Of a DNA stretch of 64,000 nt, positions 55,560 to 64,000 are shown in pieces; position 1 is the stretch's first letter, and every line of letters begins with the position of its first letter. The position numbers and the translations under genes are program-made. Origin of the DNA: Planctomycetota bacterium (GTDB taxonomy: Bacteria > Planctomycetota > UBA11346); NCBI GenBank assembly GCA_038231435.1, contig JBBRLJ010000014.1, forward strand, positions 1 through 64,000, in the 5' to 3' direction. Under the pieces are notes generated by a model, which made no database searches, had not been told where the DNA came from, and saw only the letters and a program-made list of their open reading frames with translations.

Positions 55560-55572
55560 GATGAAGGGATAG
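55547..55572 (+). repeat. (GATGAAGGGATAG)x2 duplication including the hldE stop
   Basis: Copies at 55547-55559 and 55560-55572. Confidence 0.75.
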
Positions 55573-55724
55573 GGCGCGACGTGGCCTTCCCGTCGTGAGG
55601 CTGGCGCGCGCGTCACGGACATCCGGCGGATGCGGCGCAAGAGCCGAGACGCGCGCACTGGCGAAAGCCTTAGAAGCACCCCGGGCCTGGACGCCATCCA
55701 TCCACCGCGACAATCCGCCTCATT

Positions 55725-58373
55725 ATGACCACCCTCTCGCTCGACGGCCTCTGGCACTTCCGCATCCATGGCGCTCCGCGCGGCGCCGAGGCTAAGACCG
55801 CGGGTCTCACCCGCTGGATGCCAGCATCGATGCCGGGCACCGTGCACTACGCCTTGCAGAAGCTCGGCAAGATCGAGGACCCGTTCGACGACCGCAACGA
55901 GTTGGCCGTCCAGTGGCTCGACGAGCAGGACTGGGAGCTGCGTCGCATCGTCACGGCGAGCGCCGCCGATTGCGCGCGCTCGCGCCAGGAGCTGGTGTTC
56001 GAGGGCATCGACACGGCCGCGACCATCACCCTCAACGGCAAGCGCGTGGGGGCCTCGGCCAACATGTTCAGGCGCGTGGTCTGCGACGTGCGCGGAGCGC
56101 TCAAGCCCGGCCGCAATGAACTGATGGTGGTGATCGAAAGCCCCACCGCGTACGCGAAGGCGCAGTGGCAGGCCGGCAAGGATCGCGTCGCCGCCGGCGA
56201 CTTCCGCTGGCAGACCGGCGAGGTGCGCTCCACCTGGCGCGGCTGGATCCGCAAGGTGCAGTGCCACTTCGGCTGGGACTGGGGCACCTACCTAGCCACC
56301 AGCGGCGTCTGGCAGCCGGCACGCCTCGAATGCGCCGACACCCCGCGCATCGCCTACGTGCAGGCCGCGCAGACCCACATCGGTCCCGCCGGTGCGCCCC
56401 GCGCGGTGGAAGTACGCGTGGATGTGCACCTGGAGTCTGCCGCCGCGTCGAGCGGCAGCGTGGTGGCCATCCTGATGGGCGGCGAGATGCCGAGGGACGA
56501 CCGCCGCGAACGCGCGGTGATCTCGTCGGCGACCGAGGTCAAGGTGCGCGCGGGCGAGAGCGTCGCGACCATCACCTTGATGGTCGACAAGCCGATCCTG
56601 TGGTGGCCAGCGGGCGAGGGTCCGCAGTACCTCTATTACCTGTCGGTCCATTTCATGGACGATCGCGGCAACCGCAGCCCCGATGTGCTGAAGAAGATCG
56701 GCCTGCGCACCTGCGAAGTGGTGACCGAGAAGGACCAAGCCCCCGACGGTAAACCCGCCGAAAGCTTCCTCTTCCGCGTCAATGGGCGCCCGGTGTACGC
56801 CAAGGGCGCGAACTGGATCCCCGCCGACCAGTTCGTCGACCGTTGTTCAATCGAGGTCTACCGTCACCTGCTGGGTTCGATGGTCGAGGCCAACATGAAC
56901 ATGGTGCGGGTATGGGGCGGCGGGTGGTACGAGCAGGAGTCGTTCTACGACATCTGCGACGAACTCGGCCTATTGGTGTGGCAGGATTTCATGATGGCCT
57001 GCGCGCTCTACCCCGACACCAAGGACTTCATCCGCGAACTCACAGCCGAGGCGCGCCATCAGGTTCGGCGGCTGTCCTCGCGTCCGTCCATCGCTCTGTG
57101 GTGCGGCGACAATGAGAACCAGACCGGCGTCGCGCACTGGTGGAAGAAGCAGCCAGAAAACCAGGGCAAGGACATCGAGGGCATCTACCGCAAGGTGATG
57201 GAAGCGCTGTGGAAGACCTGCGAGTTCGAGGATCCGACGCGCCGCTTCTGGCCGTCGAGCCCGTGCAACGGCGTCATCGACGCGGATCCAGATTCGCCGA
57301 ATCGCGGCGACGTCCACTACTGGGCGGTGTGGCACGGCAAACAGCCGTTCAGCAACTACCACACGGTGAAGCCGCGCTTCGCCTCGGAATTCGGTTTCCA
57401 ATCATTTCCCGAGCCTCGCACGCTCACCGCGGTGGTGCCGCGCGTCGAGCTGAATCCGTCGAGTCGCGTCATGGAACACCACCAGCGTTCGCCCGATGGC
57501 AACCTGATGATCACCAACACCATGGCGCGCGAGATGCGCATCCCGAATGATTTCGACGCCTTTTGCTGGGTGTCGCAGATCAACCAGGCGATGGCGATCC
57601 GCACCGCCGTCGAGCATTGGCGACGCTTGAAGCCGTGGTGCATGGGCACCATCTATTGGCAGGTGAACGACCTGTGGCCGGTTGCCTCGTGGTCGTCGAT
57701 CGATTATCACGGTCGCTGGAAGGTGCTGCACCACGAGGCCAAGCGCTTCTATGCGCCGCTATTGGCGAGCATCGTCCACGAAAAAACCCATGGCAAGGAG
57801 CGCCTGGCGGTGTGGGCAACTTCCGACCTGCCGCGCGCGCTCGCGCTCGAGGGCTGGCTGGAGGTCTTCACCTGGTCGGGCAAGCGCATCGCCAGAGTGA
57901 GCGTGCGCGGTGCGCTCGCGGCTGGCGCCAGCAAGAGCCTCGCCTCGTTCGACGTGGCCAAGCTGCTCGCCGGCAAGGCCGAGCCACACCAGGTCTGCTG
58001 CTTCGTCACCCTCGACGAACGCGCCTCCAAGCGCGGGGTCGCGACCGAGGATCGCGCCCATGCCGAGAACCACGCCACCCTGGTGCCATGGAAGTGGGCC
58101 TCGATCGAAGCCCCGCGCCTGTCACAGCGGCTCTCGGCGCGCGCCGATGGCATCGAGCTGACGGTCCGCGCCAAGAACGTGGTTCCGTTCTTCCACGCCG
58201 AATTCTCAGGCCTCGAAGGGCATTTCGACGCGGATTGGCAGGTGCTCCGTCCGGGTACCAGCCACGCCATGACCTACGTTCCCCACTACGACCGTGGCGC
58301 CACCATGCCCAGACCGCTCGAGGCGAAGGCGAAGCTCACGACCATGTCGCTGTGGGATACGTTCGCCCATTAG
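55725..58373 (+). CDS. GH2 beta-mannosidase
   Basis: RKVQCHFGWDWG, KGANWIP, NMVRVWGGG, acid/base WCGDNE, nucleophile ASEFG, YWQVNDLWP, SWSSIDY. Confidence 0.92.
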   Translation: MTTLSLDGLWHFRIHGAPRGAEAKTAGLTRWMPASMPGTVHYALQKLGKIEDPFDDRNELAVQWLDEQDWELRRIVTASAADCARSRQELVFEGIDTAATITLNGKRVGASANMFRRVVCDVRGALKPGRNELMVVIESPTAYAKAQWQAGKDRVAAGDFRWQTGEVRSTWRGWIRKVQCHFGWDWGTYLATSGVWQPARLECADTPRIAYVQAAQTHIGPAGAPRAVEVRVDVHLESAAASSGSVVAILMGGEMPRDDRRERAVISSATEVKVRAGESVATITLMVDKPILWWPAGEGPQYLYYLSVHFMDDRGNRSPDVLKKIGLRTCEVVTEKDQAPDGKPAESFLFRVNGRPVYAKGANWIPADQFVDRCSIEVYRHLLGSMVEANMNMVRVWGGGWYEQESFYDICDELGLLVWQDFMMACALYPDTKDFIRELTAEARHQVRRLSSRPSIALWCGDNENQTGVAHWWKKQPENQGKDIEGIYRKVMEALWKTCEFEDPTRRFWPSSPCNGVIDADPDSPNRGDVHYWAVWHGKQPFSNYHTVKPRFASEFGFQSFPEPRTLTAVVPRVELNPSSRVMEHHQRSPDGNLMITNTMAREMRIPNDFDAFCWVSQINQAMAIRTAVEHWRRLKPWCMGTIYWQVNDLWPVASWSSIDYHGRWKVLHHEAKRFYAPLLASIVHEKTHGKERLAVWATSDLPRALALEGWLEVFTWSGKRIARVSVRGALAAGASKSLASFDVAKLLAGKAEPHQVCCFVTLDERASKRGVATEDRAHAENHATLVPWKWASIEAPRLSQRLSARADGIELTVRAKNVVPFFHAEFSGLEGHFDADWQVLRPGTSHAMTYVPHYDRGATMPRPLEAKAKLTTMSLWDTFAH

Positions 58374-58465
58374 GAAGCGCACACGGTTCTCGGCCCGCGG
58401 ATGAGCCGATCCGCGGGCCATGGAGATAGCGGAATGGCAGGCCCTTGCGGGCTAGTCCACTCCCG

Positions 58466-60706
58466 TCAGACCGCCGCTTCCTTCGCCAGCATCTCCGCGA
58501 CGCGATCGGCGAAGACATCGATGGCGAAGGGCTTCTGCATATAGCTGGTGTCGGGTTCGCCGAGGATTTGGGCCAAACCGGTGTCGCCGCCATAGCCCGA
58601 GATGAACAAGGTGCGCAGGCCCGGCTGGGCTCCGACCAGGCGGTCGCGCAGCTCTCGGCCGGTCATGCCTGGCATCAACATGTCGGTGATCAGCAGCGAT
58701 AGCCCTCCGTCGATCGAGGCCGCGACGACGAGTGCCTCGTTGCCGCTGGCCGCGCCCACCACCCGATACCCGCGACCGCGCAGCACCTGGACGCCGAGTT
58801 CGCGCAGATCACGCTCGTCGTCGACCAACAGGATCATCCGGTCATCCGGGCGCGCGGGCGCGATGGTCGGCGAGCCCACGCGGGTCGTCTCCGGCGCTTG
58901 GACCGGCAGGCGCCGCAGATGGATGGTGAAACGGCTGCCCTGGCCAGGCGTACTCGCGACGGCGACGAATCCCCCGCTCTGGGTAACGATGCCGTAGACC
59001 GTCGACAGCCCCATGCCGGTGCCCTTGCCTTGGGGCTTGGTGGTGAAGAACGGCTCGAACAGCCGTGACATCACCTCGGGCGTCATGCCACAGCCGGTGT
59101 CGGCGACCTCGAGCACGCACCATTCACCCGCCGGGATGATGCCTTCGGGTGAAGCCTCGGGGCGAGCCAGCGAGCGCTGGCGGGTACTGATCGTCACCGT
59201 CCCGCCGTCGGGCATCGCATCGCGGCTGTTGAGACAGAGGTTCATGATCACCTGCTGGATCTGCCTGCTGTCCGCGCGCAGGGTGCCGAGTTCTGGCGAG
59301 AGCGAGAGCTCGATGAGCACGTGTGAGCCGAGCACATGGTTCAGCATCTCGGCCGTGTCCTCGACGACCCGATTCAGGTGGACCACCTCGGGCGCGAGCA
59401 CCTGCCGCCGGCCGAACGCCAGCAACTGCGCGGTGAGCTTGGCGGAGCTCTCGGCCGCGCGCAGCGCGAGATCGACGTGGCGATGGCTGGGGTGCCCCGG
59501 CGGCAGTTCGCGCTTGAGCAGCTGGGCATGGCCCATGATCACCGACAGCATGTTGTTGAAATCGTGCGCGATACCGCCGGCGAGCTGGCCGATGGCTTCC
59601 ATCTTCTGCGCTTGGCGGAGCTGGTCCTCGAGCCGCTTGCGCTCGGTGACGTCCATCGCAACGCCGGTCGCGCGCAGCGGCCGGCCGTCGCTCGCTCGCA
59701 TGAGATCGCCGCTGGCCGCGATCCATCGGACATCTCCGGACGGCTGGACTACCCGGTACTCGATGGTGTACGGCTCCCCCTTCTGCATCGCCTCGGCGAC
59801 GGCCAGTACCAGCGACTCGCGATCGTCGGGATGGACGCAGCGCAGGTAGGCCTGGAAGTTGCCCTCGAATGAACCGGGGGCCTGGCCTAGGAGGCGTTCC
59901 ATGTTCTCCGACCAGGTGACGGCGTCGGTCGTGAGATCGCGCTCCCACGTGCCCATCCGTGCCGCAGTCATCGCCTGGCGCAGATGCAGCTCGCTCGAGC
60001 GCAGCGCCTCCTCGCCGCGCTTGCGGTCGGTGACATCGTGGATGATCGAGTACAGGTGCTCGCGCCCGTCGATGTCCATCGGGCTCGAATGGATCTCGAC
60101 GTCGCGGGTCTCTCCGCTGGCGAGGCGGTGACGGAATTGCAGCACGTACTTCAGCCGCTTGCGCACCAGCTCCATCTCGGCGCTGATCTCCTCGGGGGTC
60201 AGCGTGTTGATCTGCTCGAGGCGCATGCCGCGGAGCTTCTCGATCGGATAGCCATAGAACGTGCTGGCTGCGGGATTGGCGTCGACGATGACGCGGGTAG
60301 TCGGGTCTAGCACCCACTGCACGGCGTGATTGCGCTCGAACATCTGCCGGTATCTGCTCTCGCTCGCGCGCAGCGCATCGATGCCGTGTAGGCGCGCCAC
60401 CACCAAGTTGGTCACCAGCATGCCCACGCCGAGGAATACGCTCAGACGCAGGACGCGCGCCACCATGGGGAGATCACTCGACGGCGAGACTGACAGCTGG
60501 TCGCCAGCTAACGCGGCCAACACCGTCACCAACAGGCCCGGGCCCATGCCGCAGAAACGCGCGCTGATGATCACCGGCAGGAAGTAGAGCACCACGAATG
60601 GCGTGCGGTCGCCGATCAGAGGATCGAGGGCCTCGCGCACGGCCAGGGTCGCCGCGACCGAGCCCAGGGCGAGCGCGTAGCGGTAGCGGACGGCGCGGAA
60701 TGGCAT
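58466..60706 (-). CDS. Hybrid sensor kinase (membrane domain, two PAS, HisKA, HATPase, REC)
   Basis: About four N-terminal TM helices, two PAS/PAC blocks, GGIAHDFNN, NSRDAM, GKGTGMGL, receiver LLVDDE / ITDMLMP / QKPF. Confidence 0.93.
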   Translation of the reverse strand: MPFRAVRYRYALALGSVAATLAVREALDPLIGDRTPFVVLYFLPVIISARFCGMGPGLLVTVLAALAGDQLSVSPSSDLPMVARVLRLSVFLGVGMLVTNLVVARLHGIDALRASESRYRQMFERNHAVQWVLDPTTRVIVDANPAASTFYGYPIEKLRGMRLEQINTLTPEEISAEMELVRKRLKYVLQFRHRLASGETRDVEIHSSPMDIDGREHLYSIIHDVTDRKRGEEALRSSELHLRQAMTAARMGTWERDLTTDAVTWSENMERLLGQAPGSFEGNFQAYLRCVHPDDRESLVLAVAEAMQKGEPYTIEYRVVQPSGDVRWIAASGDLMRASDGRPLRATGVAMDVTERKRLEDQLRQAQKMEAIGQLAGGIAHDFNNMLSVIMGHAQLLKRELPPGHPSHRHVDLALRAAESSAKLTAQLLAFGRRQVLAPEVVHLNRVVEDTAEMLNHVLGSHVLIELSLSPELGTLRADSRQIQQVIMNLCLNSRDAMPDGGTVTISTRQRSLARPEASPEGIIPAGEWCVLEVADTGCGMTPEVMSRLFEPFFTTKPQGKGTGMGLSTVYGIVTQSGGFVAVASTPGQGSRFTIHLRRLPVQAPETTRVGSPTIAPARPDDRMILLVDDERDLRELGVQVLRGRGYRVVGAASGNEALVVAASIDGGLSLLITDMLMPGMTGRELRDRLVGAQPGLRTLFISGYGGDTGLAQILGEPDTSYMQKPFAIDVFADRVAEMLAKEAAV

Positions 60707-60885
60707 GGCCGCAGCGTAGCGCGCACCGTGTCTCCGGATACGGGAAGGAGCGTCATCGGCCACCGCCGCGCCTCCGCCCTTGGCGCGGCTTGTCGCTCCT
60801 TGCTCGCCTTGCCCTTTCGTGCCTTCTGATGCCCTGTCGTCGCTAAGACTCGGAAAAGCCGCAGAAACACGTTGCCGACCTCGAC

Positions 60886-60897
60886 GGAAGCGCTTTC
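60886..60897. promoter_or_regulatory. LacI-type operator-like palindrome
   Basis: GGAAGCGCTTTC, a CG-centred near-perfect palindrome about 30 nt upstream of the sugar ABC operon. Confidence 0.5.
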
Positions 60898-60928
60898 ATC
60901 GCGCGCTCACCGCCAACCCGGAGCACCC

Positions 60929-62239
60929 ATGGGCACCCAGCGCCTGCTCGCCATCCTCGCCGCCGTCCTGTTCGCCTCGCTGACCAACGCGGTCGAAGCC
61001 GCGGAAGGCAAGGCCATCACCATCTGGTGGGCGCAATGGTCCCCCGCGGATGGACTGCAGCAGCTCGGAGATGAGTTCACCAAGAAGACCGGTACCAAGG
61101 TGACGGTGCACCAGATCCCGTGGGGATCCTACCAGGACCAGGTGTTCCTGAACTTCGGCAACAAGCAGACGGATTTCGACATCGTCGTGGGCGATAGCCA
61201 GTGGCTCGGGCGCGGCGCGACCGACAAGCTCTATCTCGACCTCAGCGATTGGCTGCCCAAGGCAGTCGATCTCACCACCATCCATCCCGCGGCCTTGAAG
61301 TACCTGTGCGAATATCCTGGCGGCAGCGGACACTATTTCGCCGCACCGTGCGAGACCGACGCCATGGGCTTCGCATACCGCAAGGACTGGTTCGAGGACG
61401 CCACGGAAAAGAGTGTCTTCAAGGCGAAATACGGGCGAGAGCTCGCAGTGCCGCAAAGCTGGGACGAATTCCAGCAGGTCGCCGAGTTCTTCCAGCGTCC
61501 AGAGCGGAAGCGCTTTGGCTGCGCGATCGCGACCGGCCGTGGCTACGACTGCCTGGTGATGGGCTACCAGAACCTGATGTGGGCGTTCGGCGGATCGTGG
61601 GGCGATCCGGCCACCTTCACCGCCAAAGGCCAGGTCGACGGCGCGCCTGCGGTTGCTGCGCTGACATTCTTCAAGCAACTGCTCGCCAGCGGGCCGAAAG
61701 GCGCGCCGAATCTCGACTACGGCGATCTGCTCGAGGCATTCACCAACGGCTCCACGGCCATGGCGATGAACTTCTTCGCCTTCTCGCCGACCATCGCCAA
61801 GCAGATGGGGGACAAAGCCGGGTTCTTCGTGATGCCGGCCAAGGATGGCAAGCGCGTCGTCAGCCTTGGGGGCCAGGGATTCAGCATCTCCACCAAGGTT
61901 GCGCCCGCGCAGCAGGAGCTCGCCAAGGAATTCATCGCCTGGTTCAACACCCGCGCGGTTCAGGAACGCTGGATCACCAAGGATGCGGGCTTCACCGCCA
62001 ACACCGAGATCCTCAAGAGCGACGCCTTCCGCAAAGCGACCCCCTACAACGCGGCGTTCGCCGAATCGCTCGACCATGTCCAGGATTTCTGGAACGTGCC
62101 GGTGTACAACGAACTGCTGGCCAAGGCCGTCCAGCACCTCGCGGACGCGCTCGATGGCAAGGCGGAGCCAAAGGCCGCGCTCGAGGCGCTGGCGGCGGAT
62201 CACGATGAGATCTTCCAGGATGCCGGTCTGAGAAAATGA
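60929..62239 (+). CDS. Carbohydrate ABC transporter substrate-binding protein
   Basis: Signal peptide, GGAG SD; YRKDWF, PQSWDEF, LGGQGFSI motifs; followed by two permeases. Confidence 0.9.
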   Translation: MGTQRLLAILAAVLFASLTNAVEAAEGKAITIWWAQWSPADGLQQLGDEFTKKTGTKVTVHQIPWGSYQDQVFLNFGNKQTDFDIVVGDSQWLGRGATDKLYLDLSDWLPKAVDLTTIHPAALKYLCEYPGGSGHYFAAPCETDAMGFAYRKDWFEDATEKSVFKAKYGRELAVPQSWDEFQQVAEFFQRPERKRFGCAIATGRGYDCLVMGYQNLMWAFGGSWGDPATFTAKGQVDGAPAVAALTFFKQLLASGPKGAPNLDYGDLLEAFTNGSTAMAMNFFAFSPTIAKQMGDKAGFFVMPAKDGKRVVSLGGQGFSISTKVAPAQQELAKEFIAWFNTRAVQERWITKDAGFTANTEILKSDAFRKATPYNAAFAESLDHVQDFWNVPVYNELLAKAVQHLADALDGKAEPKAALEALAADHDEIFQDAGLRK

Positions 62240-62291
62240 TGGTTCTCCCATCCGCGACCGACGACGGACGCCCCCTCGACGTCCCTCCACC

Positions 62292-63170
62292 ATGAGCGGT
62301 TCCCGCGGCCTCGGCTATGCCTTCGTCCTGCCGACGCTGGCCTTCCTGGTGCTCTTCAACGTCTTCCCGCTGGTCTACAACCTGGTGCTGGGTTTCACCA
62401 ACTACCGGCTTTCCGGCAGCACCTGGGAATGGGTAGGTGGCCTGAATTACAGTCGGGTCTTCGCCAAGCCCGAATACGCGGCGGCGCTGCGCACCACGGG
62501 GTTGTTCGTGGTCTGCGCGGTGGCTGCGGAGCTAACCCTCGGCTTCGTCCTCGCCCTGGCGCTGACGCGACCATTCCGAGGCAAGTCCGCGGTGCTGACC
62601 CTGCTGCTGGTGCCGATGATGCTATCGCCAGCGGTGATGGGCCTCTATTGGACCCTGATCCTCAATGGCGACTACGGCATCCTCGACCAGATGCTCGGCG
62701 CCCTCGGCATCGACCAGCCACGCTGGCTGACCGACGGTTCGCTCAAGCTGCTGTCGGTGCTGATCGTCGATGTGTGGATGTGGACGCCGTTCATGATGCT
62801 GATCGCGCTCGCCGGGCTGAATGCCATCCCCGCGTACATCTATGAGGCGGCGGAGATCGACCGCGCCTCTCGCTACACGGTGTTCCGGCGCATCACCCTG
62901 CCGATGTGCGCGCCTCTTCTGATCCTCGCGGTCCTGCTGCGCGCCACCGACGCGCTCAAGCAGTTCGACCTGGTGATGGCGATGACCGGGCCGAATGAAG
63001 GCGCGACCCAGACGGTGAGCGCCCTCCTCTACCAGACCCTGATCAAGGAGGGCAAGGTGGGCCTGAGCTCGGCCTATGCGTGCGTGGTGCTGGTCGGGGT
63101 GATCGCGCTCGCCTCGCTATTCACGCGCTACCTGGATCGCCTTGCCAGGCAGCAAGGACGCACGGGATGA
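62292..63170 (+). CDS. Carbohydrate ABC transporter permease 1
   Basis: About 6 TM segments; WMWTPF, EAA loop YEAAEIDRAS, ITLP. Confidence 0.92.
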   Translation: MSGSRGLGYAFVLPTLAFLVLFNVFPLVYNLVLGFTNYRLSGSTWEWVGGLNYSRVFAKPEYAAALRTTGLFVVCAVAAELTLGFVLALALTRPFRGKSAVLTLLLVPMMLSPAVMGLYWTLILNGDYGILDQMLGALGIDQPRWLTDGSLKLLSVLIVDVWMWTPFMMLIALAGLNAIPAYIYEAAEIDRASRYTVFRRITLPMCAPLLILAVLLRATDALKQFDLVMAMTGPNEGATQTVSALLYQTLIKEGKVGLSSAYACVVLVGVIALASLFTRYLDRLARQQGRTG

Positions 63171-64000
63171 ACATCGTACGCGTCCTGGTGATCGTGGGCT
63201 ACCTGGCGATCGCGTGCCTGCCCTTGGCCTGGATGGCGCTGACCTCGATCAAGCAGCCGGCAGCGACCATCAGTACCACCGCGAAGATTCTGCCACTCCT
63301 TGGTGCGGACTCGTTGGCGGATGTGGGGGATGCGGCAGATGCGGGAAATGCCCACTCCTTCGCCCCCACCACCTCGGCCTACGCCGAACTCGCGCGCAAG
63401 CCGGCTGCAGAGACCCCAGAGGAGGCCGCGCGCGGGCGCAGCTTCCTCGACTACCTGTGGACCAGCGCGGTGATCGGAGTGCTCTCGACCGCCGCGACCG
63501 TCGCCCTGGGCACCGCATGCGCATACGGCTTCAGCCGCTTCCGCATCGCCGGATCGAAGGACTGGCTGTTCTTCATCCTCTCCACGCGCTTCATGCCGCC
63601 GCTCGCGGTGGTGGCGCCGGTACTGATGATGTACCGACAATTCGGCCTGCCCAACACCTACGCGGGACTCGTCATCCTCTATACCGCGTTCAACCTGTCG
63701 CTCGCCGTGTGGCTGATGAAAGGCTTCATCGACGACATCCCCCGCGCCTATGAAGAGGCCGCCCTGGTCGACGGCTATACGCGCATGCAGGCGTTCTGGC
63801 GCATCATCGTGCCGCAAGCCCGCACCGGCATGGCCGTGACGGCAGTCTTCTGCCTGATCTCGGCGTGGAACGAATTCGGCTTCGCGATGACGCTCAACAA
63901 CGCGCACGCGGTGACCGTGCCGGTCTATTTCGCGGGATTGCAGGGTAACGTCAAGGGCATGCCCTGGCCGCAGATCGCCGCCGGCGTGCTGGTGTTCGTC
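63167..64000 (+). CDS. Carbohydrate ABC transporter permease 2 (runs off the right edge)
   Basis: Manual translation from ATG 63167 (ATGA overlap): MNIVRVLVIVGYLAIACLPLAW...AYGFSRF...YEEAALVDG...AWNEF. Confidence 0.9.
   Translation, partial: MNIVRVLVIVGYLAIACLPLAWMALTSIKQPAATISTTAKILPLLGADSLADVGDAADAGNAHSFAPTTSAYAELARKPAAETPEEAARGRSFLDYLWTSAVIGVLSTAATVALGTACAYGFSRFRIAGSKDWLFFILSTRFMPPLAVVAPVLMMYRQFGLPNTYAGLVILYTAFNLSLAVWLMKGFIDDIPRAYEEAALVDGYTRMQAFWRIIVPQARTGMAVTAVFCLISAWNEFGFAMTLNNAHAVTVPVYFAGLQGNVKGMPWPQIAAGVLVFV

Overview
GC-rich bacterial chromosomal window. A Planctomycetota/PVC-like origin is an inference from gene style only (DWG-type Ser/Thr kinase, ELWxxDGT protein, ADP-heptose genes). 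The first ~10.9 kb is a decayed accessory/mobile region: an IS66 transposase remnant, a lone IS3-like terminal repeat, a frameshifted histidine kinase, a divergent orphan RuvB paralogue, an M48 peptidase plus TPR lipoprotein pair, a small-protein/nucleotidyltransferase TA-like pair and a stand-alone receiver. The rest is metabolic and envelope genes: glucose dehydrogenase, GH63 and soluble transhydrogenase; SGNH esterase; nucleotide-sugar dehydrogenase; an IclR/AraC-linked catabolic cluster (enolase-superfamily enzyme, class III aminotransferase, M81 peptidase, PhyH-like enzyme with HxG in place of HxD, Asp-box protein); GH38, GH16-CBM32, GH2; ABC exporter; Ser/Thr kinase; MFS; desaturase; KSI/GNAT/nitrilase; two divergent secreted proteins sharing a CG[TV]GS-TM-RRR tail; hldD-gmhB-hldE; a hybrid kinase; and a sugar ABC importer running off the right edge. 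About ten genes have a TANNNT box 6-8 nt before the ATG, suggesting leaderless transcripts. No rRNA, complete tRNA or CRISPR array was seen. All calls are from motif recognition by eye; no searches were run.
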